The notes beneath the pieces were generated by a model. It worked only from the letters and a program-made list of their open reading frames with translations. It made no database searches and had not been told where the DNA came from. From Candidatus Poribacteria bacterium (GTDB taxonomy: Bacteria > Poribacteria > WGA-4E > PCPOR2b): a stretch of DNA of 64,000 bases. This document shows, piece by piece, positions 8,429 to 18,459 of the stretch; positions within the stretch are counted from its first letter, which is position 1, and each line of letters opens with the position of its first letter. The DNA lies in the NCBI GenBank assembly GCA_965215015.1, contig OZ244042.1, positions 1,376,001-1,440,000 of the forward strand, in the 5' to 3' direction. The position numbers and the translations under genes were made by a program.

Positions 8429-9646
8429 ATGCTTATACTCTGTGCCAATGTTGGCAGCACTTCATTCAAATACCAAATTATTGATGTCGAAACATCAGTG
8501 TCGTTGGTCAAAGGCGGCGTCGAGCGGGTCGGCAATTCGCCATCACCGTTCACGCACGCTGTCCCCGGTAAACCGACGGTGAGCGGAGAAATCAACGCAC
8601 TAGACCATAACGCTGCAATTGTGCACGCGATAAGTCTGATCACATCTCCAGAAACAGGAGTGATGGCGAATCTCAGCAATCTCGTGGGCATAGGCTTTAA
8701 GACCATTCTTGCCAGAGGGATTTGGCGTTCTGCAATGATAACAAACGAAGTGATTAACGCTCTTGAAGCCGACATCCCATTCGCCCCTACCCATAATCCT
8801 GCTTATATCGCCTCGATTCGTGCGTTTCAGGAACGACTCCCGGACACACCATTGGTCGCCGTTTTTGAGACATGGTTCCACCAAACGATGCCGGACTACG
8901 CCTCCGAATTTGGCGTCCCCCGGGAGTGGGTTGAAAAGTATCACCTCCGCCGTTACGGCTTTCATGGTGCATCACACCGTTACATCTCAGAGCGTGTCCC
9001 TCAATTGCTCGGAGATTCACCTGCGAATTTGCGGATTATCTCTTGTCATCTCGGTGGGAGCTCATCGTTGTGCGCTATTCGCGACGGTCAATCAATTGAT
9101 ACGACAATGGGAGTGTCGCCGCAATATGGTCCCATCCAGTCATCTCGAAACGGTGATCTGGATCCGTTTGCGATACTTTACCTGATGGATGCGGAGGGAT
9201 GGGATACAACCGAAATTCGCCGCCAACTGATCGAGGAATCGGGGATGCGAGGGATCTCAGGCGTCAGCGGCGATTTGCGAGATGTCGAAGCGGCGGCAAT
9301 GGAAGGCAATGATAATGCGCGGCTGGCGATGGACACCTTTTTCTATCAAGTCAAGAAGTATATCGGTGCTTACATTGTCGCGCTTAGTGGAGTAGATGTG
9401 ATCACGTTCACCGGTGGGATTGGCGAAAAGAGTTCAACTGCGCGTGCGGCAATCTGCGACGGATTGGAATGGCAGGGTATCCTGTTAGACCGACAAAGGA
9501 ACGAAAGTCAAGTCGATGAAGGCGAAATCTCCGCCACTGATAGCCGAGCGAAGATTCTCATTGTGCCAGCAAATGAGGAGATTATCGTCGCACGGGAAAC
9601 GGCAAACGTCATCACACAGCACTGCACCACCCAAGTGAGTAGATAG
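8429..9646 (+). CDS. ackA: Acetate/propionate family kinase
   Basis: NVGSTSFKY, APTHNP, FETWFHQTMP, RRYGFHGASH, CHLGGSSS, FTGGIGE, ANEE. Confidence 0.85.
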   Translation: MLILCANVGSTSFKYQIIDVETSVSLVKGGVERVGNSPSPFTHAVPGKPTVSGEINALDHNAAIVHAISLITSPETGVMANLSNLVGIGFKTILARGIWRSAMITNEVINALEADIPFAPTHNPAYIASIRAFQERLPDTPLVAVFETWFHQTMPDYASEFGVPREWVEKYHLRRYGFHGASHRYISERVPQLLGDSPANLRIISCHLGGSSSLCAIRDGQSIDTTMGVSPQYGPIQSSRNGDLDPFAILYLMDAEGWDTTEIRRQLIEESGMRGISGVSGDLRDVEAAAMEGNDNARLAMDTFFYQVKKYIGAYIVALSGVDVITFTGGIGEKSSTARAAICDGLEWQGILLDRQRNESQVDEGEISATDSRAKILIVPANEEIIVARETANVITQHCTTQVSR

Positions 9647-9664
9647 GCAACGCTTGCCTATTTT
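9643..9664. terminator. Short hairpin between convergent genes
   Basis: ATAGGCAA-CGC-TTGCCTAT-TTT overlapping the ackA stop. Confidence 0.4.
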
Positions 9665-10531
9665 CTAGGGACCATCGTCAAAAAGATAGGTTAAAAGCCG
9701 ATCTCCATCCTGAAAATCAGGAATCAAAATATCCGCACCAGCACGCAGCAGCCGACCCCGTTTGTCAGCGTTCATCTGGTAACGGTTGTTTTCTACAGAG
9801 GTCACGCCCACAGCAATTGCGCCGACAGCCTTCGCATTTTCGATTTCCACCGAACCATCACCGACGACCAGAAGCTCGCTCCCCGTCAGGTTGAAGTCAT
9901 CGAAGATCTGTTGAATCACCATTGCCTTTGAGAAGTTTTGATACTCCCGCAATGCTCCAAAGATACCGCCATCAAAGTAGAGAGCAACACCCAGCAGTCC
10001 TGCTTCATGTCGAACAAATTCAACATCGGTACCACTAGCAAGGTAGCACTTCACACCGCGTTTTTGCAAAGAATGTAAGAACTCAAGCGACATCGGTACA
10101 CGCAGATCCGCAGCTTCAATTTCTCCGCTTTCCAGCTTGGCGATGCGTCCCTCCACGGTTGGCAAGAGCAGACTGTTGTACAGATCTTTGTATTCCAACG
10201 GTTGCTTCGGGAGTCCACCCCGCTTCTCAATCTCTTCGCACAGCTGAATCATTTGATAAATGGTCTGCTTGCCGGTCAGTTTATCCACAAATTCAACAAC
10301 AATCCGCTCTAATTCCTCCGGCGTTTCATCTGTCTGTGTCTCCTTGAGCAGGATGTCTACCATCATCGGCACCATGACAGTCTGCCAACCGTCACGAACT
10401 AGCGAAATCGTTCCATCGAAATCAAACAGAGCGTGCTGGACCTTTGCCCGCTCAATTTCATGGATAATCTCAATTGATGTGTTCTCTAAGGTCTGTGGTC
10501 TTGCCACGATTTGGAAACTCCCGATTTGCAA
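9665..10531 (-). CDS. HAD-family hydrolase
   Basis: FDFDGT motif I, ASGT motif II, VGDGSVE motif IV. Confidence 0.85.
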   Translation of the reverse strand: MQIGSFQIVARPQTLENTSIEIIHEIERAKVQHALFDFDGTISLVRDGWQTVMVPMMVDILLKETQTDETPEELERIVVEFVDKLTGKQTIYQMIQLCEEIEKRGGLPKQPLEYKDLYNSLLLPTVEGRIAKLESGEIEAADLRVPMSLEFLHSLQKRGVKCYLASGTDVEFVRHEAGLLGVALYFDGGIFGALREYQNFSKAMVIQQIFDDFNLTGSELLVVGDGSVEIENAKAVGAIAVGVTSVENNRYQMNADKRGRLLRAGADILIPDFQDGDRLLTYLFDDGP

Positions 10532-10546
10532 CGATATAAGCGTTTA

Positions 10547-12178
10547 TCAAGCAAGGTCTTGTGCCCAATAATACTGTCCATACAGATGAATCAGATTTTT
10601 CGGATTGTCAGCTAGCATCTCACCGAAGGTTATCTCTTGAATCTCTCGCTTCGGTCCGGGGGCATCGTCTCGATACGCAGAGCGTCGTGCCTGTCCCTCA
10701 GTGGGGTAGGCGATCCATTGACCCTGATCATCTCGGAAGGCGTACACCGTCCCTCTCGTCGGCGTGTGAACCTCAACGTTCGCATCTTGAAAGGGGCGAA
10801 TGCGCGTTTCAGGGGCACCGTGATTTTCTAGGAACTGAATCCAAGCCCCGCGCATCCGTTCAGCCACATCGGGATGGGCATCTGCAACGTTATGTATCTG
10901 GGCGGGGTCAGTTTTCAGGTTATAAAGTTCGGAAGGCATTCCCTGCGGTGCACACAGGTAAGCCCATTCATTGTCAGTGATAGTGCTAGGTTCAACGTTT
11001 CGGTCGGATCCCACCCAACCGTCGAAAGTGGCACCTTCCACCGGTGTATAGCCGGTCGTCCCTGCGCTGGGCGGGAATCGACTTGAGAAAGCATAATCGT
11101 GTATCTTCGCCTCGTCTCCTGTCATCAAGGGCAGGAAGGAACTCCCTTGGATATGAGAGGGAATTGATAGCCCAAGGAAATCCAAGATTGAAGGCAAGAT
11201 GTCAGGCGGTTGGACAATACCGTGAACCCGATCGCCTGCCCCCAACCCTTCGGGGTGATGGACTAAGAGGGGAATTCGGACAGTGATTTCGTAGAGCTTG
11301 CCGAGCTCCGCCCCCGGTTTGCCTTGTAAGTCATGGTCTCCGAACAGATGTCCGTGGTCGGAAGCCCAGATGATGAGCGTATTTTTGAAGAGCCCTAGCC
11401 GTTCTGCTAAATCCAGAAACGCGCCCACCCACCGATCCGTCAGCGTAACGTTACCGGCATAGAGTGCGCGAAGATGCGCCGACTCCGCTTCAGTCATATA
11501 TGTTGGGCGACCATATTCCGGATACAACATCTGATCGCCATCGTAATCGGGGTCAGCGTATAGCGCGTAGTCGTACCAAGGACAGTCGAAAGGTTCATGG
11601 GGGTCCCACATATCGATATAGAGGAAAAACGACTCTTGATTATAGTTGGTCTCCAACCAATCGATCGCCTCCGACATCCCCCTTCCAATGCAGAATTCGC
11701 GATCAAACTGGCGGGCGGCGTGGTTGCGGAGGTAGCCCTGTAGGCTGGGAATGTTGCGGATTTTATGGGGCTGTGCTGGCAGCCGAATGTCGAGAGTGGG
11801 GTCGGTTATCCACGGATCGCCTTTCTGGCTATGCACAAAGCCGAGTCCGCTAAAGCCGCGTGTATAGTTATAATCGTGCATCGCGAGCATTGGAGTATCC
11901 CAGATTATTTGGGTATGCACACCCTTCGCAGACAGAATTTGCCCCCAAGTCACATCTTCAGGATTCAAGGGCTGCCATCCACGAAAAGGGAAACCGAAAC
12001 GTCCGGTCGCCAAGTCCCACCGGTTGGGCACCGTTGGATAGGAAGCTGCGTAGAACTGCTCAAACAGAGCTGCGTGTTGGGCAAATCCATCTAGATTGGG
12101 CGTCTGAATCCAAGAGTTGCCGTAGCACCCCAAGTGGTCCCTGCGAAAGGTATCGTTCATAATAAAGATGACGTTCAT
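10547..12178 (-). CDS. Sulfatase-like hydrolase with Thr at the catalytic position
   Basis: NVIFIMNDTFRRDHLGCYG, TPNLD, SYPTVPNR, WDPHEP, SDHG. Confidence 0.85.
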   Translation of the reverse strand: MNVIFIMNDTFRRDHLGCYGNSWIQTPNLDGFAQHAALFEQFYAASYPTVPNRWDLATGRFGFPFRGWQPLNPEDVTWGQILSAKGVHTQIIWDTPMLAMHDYNYTRGFSGLGFVHSQKGDPWITDPTLDIRLPAQPHKIRNIPSLQGYLRNHAARQFDREFCIGRGMSEAIDWLETNYNQESFFLYIDMWDPHEPFDCPWYDYALYADPDYDGDQMLYPEYGRPTYMTEAESAHLRALYAGNVTLTDRWVGAFLDLAERLGLFKNTLIIWASDHGHLFGDHDLQGKPGAELGKLYEITVRIPLLVHHPEGLGAGDRVHGIVQPPDILPSILDFLGLSIPSHIQGSSFLPLMTGDEAKIHDYAFSSRFPPSAGTTGYTPVEGATFDGWVGSDRNVEPSTITDNEWAYLCAPQGMPSELYNLKTDPAQIHNVADAHPDVAERMRGAWIQFLENHGAPETRIRPFQDANVEVHTPTRGTVYAFRDDQGQWIAYPTEGQARRSAYRDDAPGPKREIQEITFGEMLADNPKNLIHLYGQYYWAQDLA

Positions 12179-12245
12179 CGATGTGCACACTCCTTTTTAT
12201 TTACCTTCTGAGCTGGGCATCACTTCCACGAGAGACAGCTTACCA

Positions 12246-12779
12246 CTATGAAGGCTTCGTCAGCACGGCAGTAATCTTTTCAACGATATCATCCGCACGA
12301 CTGCGAATTTGATCGGGCGTGAGACTCTGGATTGGGTGTTCAACGGTAGTCGGATGGAAATCGCGATAGCCGAGCGATTTCGCTTGAACTTCTCCGGCAG
12401 CGAAAAATACATCCGAGCAGATCGATACGCTAGGGATACCCCGTTCTTCTAAAGCGGTTCCGTCGTGCACACTGCACGATATACAGGAACCTCAGTCCGC
12501 AAGCCCTTCAACCACGAAGTCGCACTGATCGGCGAGTTCCGTGATGAGCTCCTGCGGTGCGGGGCGGGCAAAGGTTGGTTTTGTTACACGAACAACACCG
12601 CCAAGGTCAAAATGCTCACGCATGAGTTCTTCGACACGGTCAAGAAAGATGTCGCTACCATTTTTACTGATGTTCAGCAAGCCCATCACCTTGCCGTCGA
12701 GGCTGTCAAGGCGTGGCGCGAGAAATTTATCGGATACGTTGTTTGGAGCGATTGGATCGAGTAAAATTGTGTTTGCCAT
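12246..12779 (-). CDS. UGSC-family selenoprotein (about 177 aa; TGA at 12492-12494 read as Sec)
   Basis: ORFs 12492..12779 and 12246..12470 are in one frame: ...VVEGLAD-TGA-GSCISCSVHDGTALEERGIPSV...; RBS AGGAGG; hairpin directly after the TGA. Confidence 0.88.
12456..12491 (-). promoter_or_regulatory. SECIS-like stem-loop
   Basis: Minus strand right after TGA: GGTTCC-tgtata-TCGTGCA-GTG-TGCACGA-c-GGAACC. Confidence 0.7.
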
Positions 12780-13002
12780 TGTAAACCTCCTGTGGATTCA
12801 AAAAAAACTATTAGATAGGATAGCATTGCCGGCGGCTTCTGTCAATATCTATTTCTATTGAATTTCTTTAGTGGTGTGATATAATGACCTGCTGAACTCT
12901 ATACCTATTGCTGCGTCGGGGTTTTGGGCGGCAACGTGAGTTATAATATGCGAAGTGCAAGATGTGAACCTAACAACGATTTCAGATTTCCTTTTTGTAG
13001 AA

Positions 13003-13746
13003 ATGATCACAACAACAGATTTGACCAAACGTTTCGGCAAACTCGCCGCCGTGGATGGCCTGACTATGCAGGTCGAAGCGGGTGAACTGTTCGGCTTCTT
13101 GGGTCCTAACGGTGCCGGAAAGACCACGACCATCAACATGCTGACCGGCTTGATTCGTCCCACCTCCGGCACAGCGACGATTTGCGGCTATGATATCCGG
13201 GCGCGGGCTTCGCAGGTGAAGACAATAACGGGACTAATGCCTGATACACCACACCTCTATGAAACATTGACGGGGAGGCAGTTTGTCCGCTTCATCGCAG
13301 ATCTCTATGAAATTGACCCTAAACAGTCAGAGCAGCGGATGGAACAACTGTTGGAGACGTTTGACCTAACTGACACCGCAGACGCATTGATTAAAAGTTA
13401 CTCCTACGGTATGCAGAAAAAGATTCTCTTGATAGCGGTGTTGGTACATGAACCGCGCGTCCTCTTTCTTGATGAACCGACGAGTGGTCTTGACCCTAAA
13501 AGTGCTCGTACTGCAAAGGAGCTTTTGCGCGCCTGCTGCGACCGGGGGTGCACAGTATTTATGACCACGCATATCCTTGAAATTGCAGAGCGTGAGTGTG
13601 ATCGCATCGGGATCATTAACGAAGGGAAACTCGTTGCAGTGGGAACGATGGATGAGTTGCGTCAGAGCCGCACGGTGACCGATCTGAGCTTGGAGGAGAT
13701 CTTTCTAGAATTAACAACGGAAAACAGTGAGGGCGAGATTATCTGA
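13003..13746 (+). CDS. ABC transporter ATP-binding protein (ABC-2/drug-export type)
   Basis: GPNGAGKTT, YSYGMQKK signature, LFLDEPT, MTTH; upstream TGaTATAAT near 12877-12885. Confidence 0.92.
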   Translation: MITTTDLTKRFGKLAAVDGLTMQVEAGELFGFLGPNGAGKTTTINMLTGLIRPTSGTATICGYDIRARASQVKTITGLMPDTPHLYETLTGRQFVRFIADLYEIDPKQSEQRMEQLLETFDLTDTADALIKSYSYGMQKKILLIAVLVHEPRVLFLDEPTSGLDPKSARTAKELLRACCDRGCTVFMTTHILEIAERECDRIGIINEGKLVAVGTMDELRQSRTVTDLSLEEIFLELTTENSEGEII

Positions 13747-13754
13747 TGGGGTGT

Positions 13755-14072
13755 TCAAAAAATACATCGGTTCAGCAGTTCATTAATGATGGGACCGTGA
13801 ACGATGGAGACGCCCGAAAGCGTCCCCATCTCTGACTCTAATTCAGTTTGGGGAGCTTCTACCCGCTCACTAAGTCCATCTAAATTCAATTCCAATCGTG
13901 TTTCGCTTCGGGGTTGATTTGGTGCGACAGTTAAGGGTTCTGGTATGTCAACTGTATCTACGTTGCCATAGTCATAGTCGCTGCCAACGTAAGTTACTAT
14001 CACTATCAGCAAGGCCAATACAAACGCTCCTATGATTATAGGTTCACGTATTAAATCGAACAAAGTTCTCAT
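13755..14072 (-). CDS. Membrane-anchored hypothetical protein, short paralog of 20679..21419
   Basis: IGAFVLALLIVIVTYVGSDYDYGNVDTVDI vs IGGAILFAVLFVVGSYFGGHWYYGDVEPVEV. Confidence 0.55.
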   Translation of the reverse strand: MRTLFDLIREPIIIGAFVLALLIVIVTYVGSDYDYGNVDTVDIPEPLTVAPNQPRSETRLELNLDGLSERVEAPQTELESEMGTLSGVSIVHGPIINELLNRCIF

Positions 14073-14417
14073 TGGGGTCTTCCCGCCCTTCCACACTCCG
14101 ACGCTGGGGTGCGACAGTCATCATCGAACGATGAAGTCGTCTCCCGCCACAGACAGAAGAATTGCTATTAGTATACCAGCCCTGCAAAAGCGTATCGCTT
14201 AGATAATTACTATTTTTTCTGCCCAGTAGGTTATTGACATATTGTTTACGTATTGAGACTGGCAGCCCCCGCATGGATACCGGATCCATTAGCGATGAAT
14301 TTTGCATACGCTGGAGGGACCGCCTCCCCACTTCCCCCGTTCTTCATCTGATGCTACGAGGGGAGGTCCATCACTTCTTTTGCTTCCTAATTTGAAACTC
14401 TCCAATGAACCAACGAA

Positions 14418-14972
14418 CTAATTCAGGGGGGAAATATGGGAATCTGTCAAGCGATGTGCTTTTCGCACCAGATCTGGATTAATAGAAAACCTTTTGGCGG
14501 CATCAATCAGATGATTCACGTGGTCGTGCATATCCTGTTCCATCTGGGAAATACGGGTCAACAGATACAGTCGATCGCTCTGATAAATAGCATCTTTGAT
14601 GGTCGAAACTAACTCTGTATAGATTGCGTCTGACTCACCGGTCTCAAGCGCAATGGCAATCTCAAACGCCTCACTGAGTGTGACCCGCTCTGCACGCACA
14701 CGCTCCTCATATTCATCTAATGTTTCGTTAATTCGCTCAATAGATACGTCGGCAAATTGAGGGGCGGGCGCGTCTAGCCCAAAAGCCTGGGCACAGAGTG
14801 AGCGTCCAAAGCCAACAAGGAGATGGTGTTGCCATTCCTCTGCGCTCATCTCCTGCCAAAATCGAGCAATTCGTTCATCGACATCCCCCAATCGGATAGA
14901 TAGTGTAGCGTATAGCTTTGCATGTCTCAATTCAATCTCTTGGCATAAATCAAAGGTTTCTGCTAAAGTCAC
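14418..14972 (-). CDS. Ferritin-like/rubrerythrin-type di-iron protein
   Basis: EIELRHAKLY, MSAEEWQH (EExxH), ALETGE, DMHDH; GGAGG RBS before GTG 14972. Confidence 0.75.
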   Translation of the reverse strand: MTLAETFDLCQEIELRHAKLYATLSIRLGDVDERIARFWQEMSAEEWQHHLLVGFGRSLCAQAFGLDAPAPQFADVSIERINETLDEYEERVRAERVTLSEAFEIAIALETGESDAIYTELVSTIKDAIYQSDRLYLLTRISQMEQDMHDHVNHLIDAAKRFSINPDLVRKAHRLTDSHISPLN

Positions 14973-15039
14973 AGCTAATTCACCTCCTCTCAATACCGAA
15001 CCGTGGATAGATTCGTTGTCGATTCTCATTCATGGGATT

Positions 15040-17037
15040 TCACCCTGTCGCATCCTTTTTGAGAACCAACTCGTGTTGCAGGGGGTAGGTCATGTGAAGC
15101 GATGGTGAGTATTCACCAAACCGCAGCTCCAACGCTTCCAAACTTTCTAGTGACCCAACAACCGTCACCCAATCACCAATTTGTAGATCGGTGTAACCGT
15201 GTGTAATTATAATATGCCCAGCGCGGCGAACCGATAGAATTAATGCGTCCGATGGCAGGCGCAAATCTCGCACCGTCATACCTGCCAGATTCGGATTACG
15301 GACCTCCAAATCGATAATATCGTGGTTCTCCTCCATCCCAAGTAATAGTGATACCGATGATGGGGCTCGCACAAAATGATCCAGTAAACTAATGATTGCA
15401 GTAGAAGGTCTGACAGTAAAGGCACCCAGCTCACGGAAATGGTCATAATTGGCTAAATCGTTTAATCGCACAACAAGGTTGTCCGTTTCAAAATGCTCAT
15501 GGACAAGCTCACAGATACGGTAATTTTCTTCGTCAGAGAGCATGGCGACAACGGCACCGGCTTCTCTTACACCAAATGCTTGTAATTCGTCCAATGAAAA
15601 ACCGGGCATCGGCTGGACATCAAAGTACAAACTTGCTACATTTTTCATCTCTCCCGTTTGCCTGTGTGCGACCTTCACCTCCCAGTCATGCGCGCGCAAC
15701 TGCCGAGCGAGTGCTAGCGATTGACTGTCCGAACCAAAAATGATGGCACTGTGTATCTGGTCCGGATCGGATTTCTTCGCATGAGGACGCGCCTCTCTTA
15801 CCCAAACCAGGGCCCACTTACAAAAGGCAGGTCCGATAACCTGATTCACCATGATGATGGAAATCATCAATGTGGCGAAAGCCGGGCCCCATGAAGGAAA
15901 CACTCCTCCGACCTCTTTAGCGAGTCCCAATCCAACGCCTGCCTGCGTGATATAAGCCATCCAACTGACTCTATTGTACGTCATCGGTTCTCCAGCTAGT
16001 ACGCCGCCGGCAAACGAACCGATGAATATTCCCACTAAACGAACCGCAACCAACAGTAAGGTCATTGGCCAAATATCTGCCAAAATATCCAAAGTGAGCG
16101 AAGCACCGGTCAGTGTGAAAAAGGCAATATAAATCAGCGGGCCAACCTCGTGGAGCGTTTTCAAGAACTCATCGCGAGCGTCGGTTCTGTTAATCAGCCA
16201 GAAACTCCCAATCATACAAACGAGCAGAGGTTCAACAAATACTTCAAAAGGCAATCTGTCATGGGTGAAATGGCGAATCCCGGTAAATACGGCAAAAACG
16301 GCATAGCCTGTCAGTAAAATCCCTACTATCTTGGCGATGTGATTGATTCGGCTTGAAAGAATCTGTTGTAAGATTCTTCCAACGACATATCCCCCTGCCA
16401 ATGCCGCCATCAACTCGACAAAGAGCAAAATGACAAAGGTCAGATTAAACCGGAGACCGGTTAAGAGGGCATCCGCGATCGAGGAATTAACCGAGAACAG
16501 GATGATGACAAGGACATCCGTAACGACAGTAACGCCCATAGCCGTTTGCGTAAATGGGCCCTTGGCACGGAGTTCCTTTATAATCGCAACGGCGGAGGAG
16601 GGAGATCGTGCGACTAAAATCGCACCGGCAAGAATAGCAATGGCAACTCGGCTGGCAACTGGAAATCCCCGCATAAACGGCATAAAATCTGCTAACACAA
16701 AAACGGTCAAGCTGCCTAGAATAAGGGTGCTGACAACAATTCCAATGCTTACCAATTTAATACTCTTAAATCGGCTTCTCAGCTCCTTCAAGTGCAGTTC
16801 ACCTCCAGCGACAAAGGCGATGAATGCCAAGGAGAGCTCATCCACAAAACGTAACCGCTCGGTCGCTTCTACTGAAATGAAGTCGAATATAAAGGGACCT
16901 GCGATGATGCCGGTAAAAAGAAAACCGCTGATCAAGGGGAGTTTAAATCTGGTAAAAAGCTGTCCAATCTGTTTTGAAGCCAACGCAATGAGAGTAAAAC
17001 CGGCAATAAACATGAACAGGTTTTGATAGGCTGCCAT
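15040..17037 (-). CDS. Cation:proton antiporter with TrkA-N/TrkA-C (RCK) domains
   Basis: About 12 hydrophobic segments, AGGELH, ITQAGVGLGLA, then AIIFGSD..LARQL and LAGMTVRDLRLP..HGYTDLQIGD. Confidence 0.85.
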   Translation of the reverse strand: MAAYQNLFMFIAGFTLIALASKQIGQLFTRFKLPLISGFLFTGIIAGPFIFDFISVEATERLRFVDELSLAFIAFVAGGELHLKELRSRFKSIKLVSIGIVVSTLILGSLTVFVLADFMPFMRGFPVASRVAIAILAGAILVARSPSSAVAIIKELRAKGPFTQTAMGVTVVTDVLVIILFSVNSSIADALLTGLRFNLTFVILLFVELMAALAGGYVVGRILQQILSSRINHIAKIVGILLTGYAVFAVFTGIRHFTHDRLPFEVFVEPLLVCMIGSFWLINRTDARDEFLKTLHEVGPLIYIAFFTLTGASLTLDILADIWPMTLLLVAVRLVGIFIGSFAGGVLAGEPMTYNRVSWMAYITQAGVGLGLAKEVGGVFPSWGPAFATLMISIIMVNQVIGPAFCKWALVWVREARPHAKKSDPDQIHSAIIFGSDSQSLALARQLRAHDWEVKVAHRQTGEMKNVASLYFDVQPMPGFSLDELQAFGVREAGAVVAMLSDEENYRICELVHEHFETDNLVVRLNDLANYDHFRELGAFTVRPSTAIISLLDHFVRAPSSVSLLLGMEENHDIIDLEVRNPNLAGMTVRDLRLPSDALILSVRRAGHIIITHGYTDLQIGDWVTVVGSLESLEALELRFGEYSPSLHMTYPLQHELVLKKDATG

Positions 17038-17060
17038 AGTCACCTCGTTTCAATGGGATT

Positions 17061-17252
17061 TAGGACTTACGCAGTTGAAGACTCAAAGTCTCCGTTGAAA
17101 GCGTCTTCGACCTGTAGATTGGTAATTCATCACTACACATGACAACTCTCACTGCCCGATGAATCACGCAACTACAGAACTACAATAGGTGTACTATTAG
17201 GTATCCGTAGGGAACAACTATCAGTGTTCCCTACGGAAGTGCGTAACTCCTA
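17061..17252 (+). mobile_element. MITE family B copy (192 bp)
   Basis: TAGGACTTACGCAGTTGAA...GTGCGTAACTCCTA. Confidence 0.8.
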
Positions 17253-17281
17253 GCGATTAGCTAAAGCATTAACCAGCACCG

Positions 17282-18085
17282 TTAACCCCAATGTCTTGGA
17301 TGATCCCGAAATATGGTCGGAGGCGTATTAGAAATAAAAGAGGGGAGTGCGCTTGGGTGCGGTTCCTTCCACGTCTCCACGTCTTTACCGCCTTGCGTCT
17401 CAGCCTCCTGATTGCGGACAGCAGCGATAATGACTTGTGCGGCCTGTTCGTCGCTCATCGCTCCGGTATTTAACACAAGGTCATAATGCTTTGCATCCGC
17501 CCAATCCGCATCGTAGTAATGTTTGATATATTGGGCGTGTTGCTTGTCAACAGCTTCAATCTCTCTCTCGGCTAAGGGATAAACGATACCTTGATCTTCC
17601 ATGACCCGTTCGATACGGTTTGCAAGAGGGGCAATGAAGCGTACGTGGAGTGTATTGGGTTTGTCGGCGAGAATTATCTGGCTGCCGCGTCCGACAATGA
17701 CGACATTGCCTATCTTCCATAGCTTTTCGATGACATGCTGGAAGGAGCCAAATACCTCCGCCTCAGTTGGAATCAGGTCCGCCTCAAAGGCTGCATCCCT
17801 CTCAACCGGATAGCTATCCATCAGAAATTCAGATGGGTAGTAATAGTAGGGAAAATCGAGGTATCGTGAGAATTCCGGCACAAAGAGTTTCTTCAGGAAA
17901 CCCTTCAGTCCATTCTCACACCTCTCGTCATAGCGGCTAATTTGTTTGGTAGTCGTATTAGTGGCACGGGCCACCTCGGTGAGGATATTTTTATCGAAAT
18001 AGTTATACCCCAGATCCTGGGCAACCTGCCGCGCAATCTGTGTGCCACCGCTATAGTGTTCTCTGGAAACTGTGATGACTGCCAT
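17282..18085 (-). CDS. Cytidylate kinase-like family protein
   Basis: MAVITVSREHYSGG..IA, VVIVGRG, YDLVLNT; RBS GGAGG. Confidence 0.88.
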   Translation of the reverse strand: MAVITVSREHYSGGTQIARQVAQDLGYNYFDKNILTEVARATNTTTKQISRYDERCENGLKGFLKKLFVPEFSRYLDFPYYYYPSEFLMDSYPVERDAAFEADLIPTEAEVFGSFQHVIEKLWKIGNVVIVGRGSQIILADKPNTLHVRFIAPLANRIERVMEDQGIVYPLAEREIEAVDKQHAQYIKHYYDADWADAKHYDLVLNTGAMSDEQAAQVIIAAVRNQEAETQGGKDVETWKEPHPSALPSFISNTPPTIFRDHPRHWG

Positions 18086-18202
18086 GATTGTTTACCTCCG
18101 TCATGATGTTGGGACGCGATAGATGCCGCATCCAGATTGTATTCAGCTTTGTTCCGATTATCTTTGCTTCAAATTCACGATAGACACTGAAGCCCCGCTT
18201 CT

Positions 18203-18418
18203 CTAGGAAATTCCGTCCGATTCATGCCTACTACTGACGAATGGAATCGCTGTATCATCAAAGGTTTCCCACATTGGGGGTTCCATCAACTGATGTGCAA
18301 CATCAACCCCTTCGCGGTACTCCTGAAGGATCTCATAGGTAAGTCGATCTATCGTGTGGTTTAATCCATCCTCAAAACCGTTGAGTTTGAGCCTTAAAGA
18401 CGCTTCGCTCCAGAGCAT
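18203..18418 (-). CDS. Small hypothetical protein (71 aa)
   Basis: Strong RBS AAGGAGG 7 nt before ATG; lies inside a co-directional gene run. Confidence 0.55.
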   Translation of the reverse strand: MLWSEASLRLKLNGFEDGLNHTIDRLTYEILQEYREGVDVAHQLMEPPMWETFDDTAIPFVSSRHESDGIS

Positions 18419-18459
18419 ATCGATTTCCTCCTTATTTTAATTGCTGTTTCTCGCTCAGT

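Noticed and set aside
13003-13746. ABC ATPase as the missing partner of the MacB array
   Set aside because: Its motifs (GFLGPNGAGKTT, LEEIFLELT) are ABC-2/drug-export type rather than LolD/MacB type, and it is 32 kb away
14075-14400. Hairpins upstream of the 14072 ORF as a riboswitch
   Set aside because: No aptamer consensus that I can recognise
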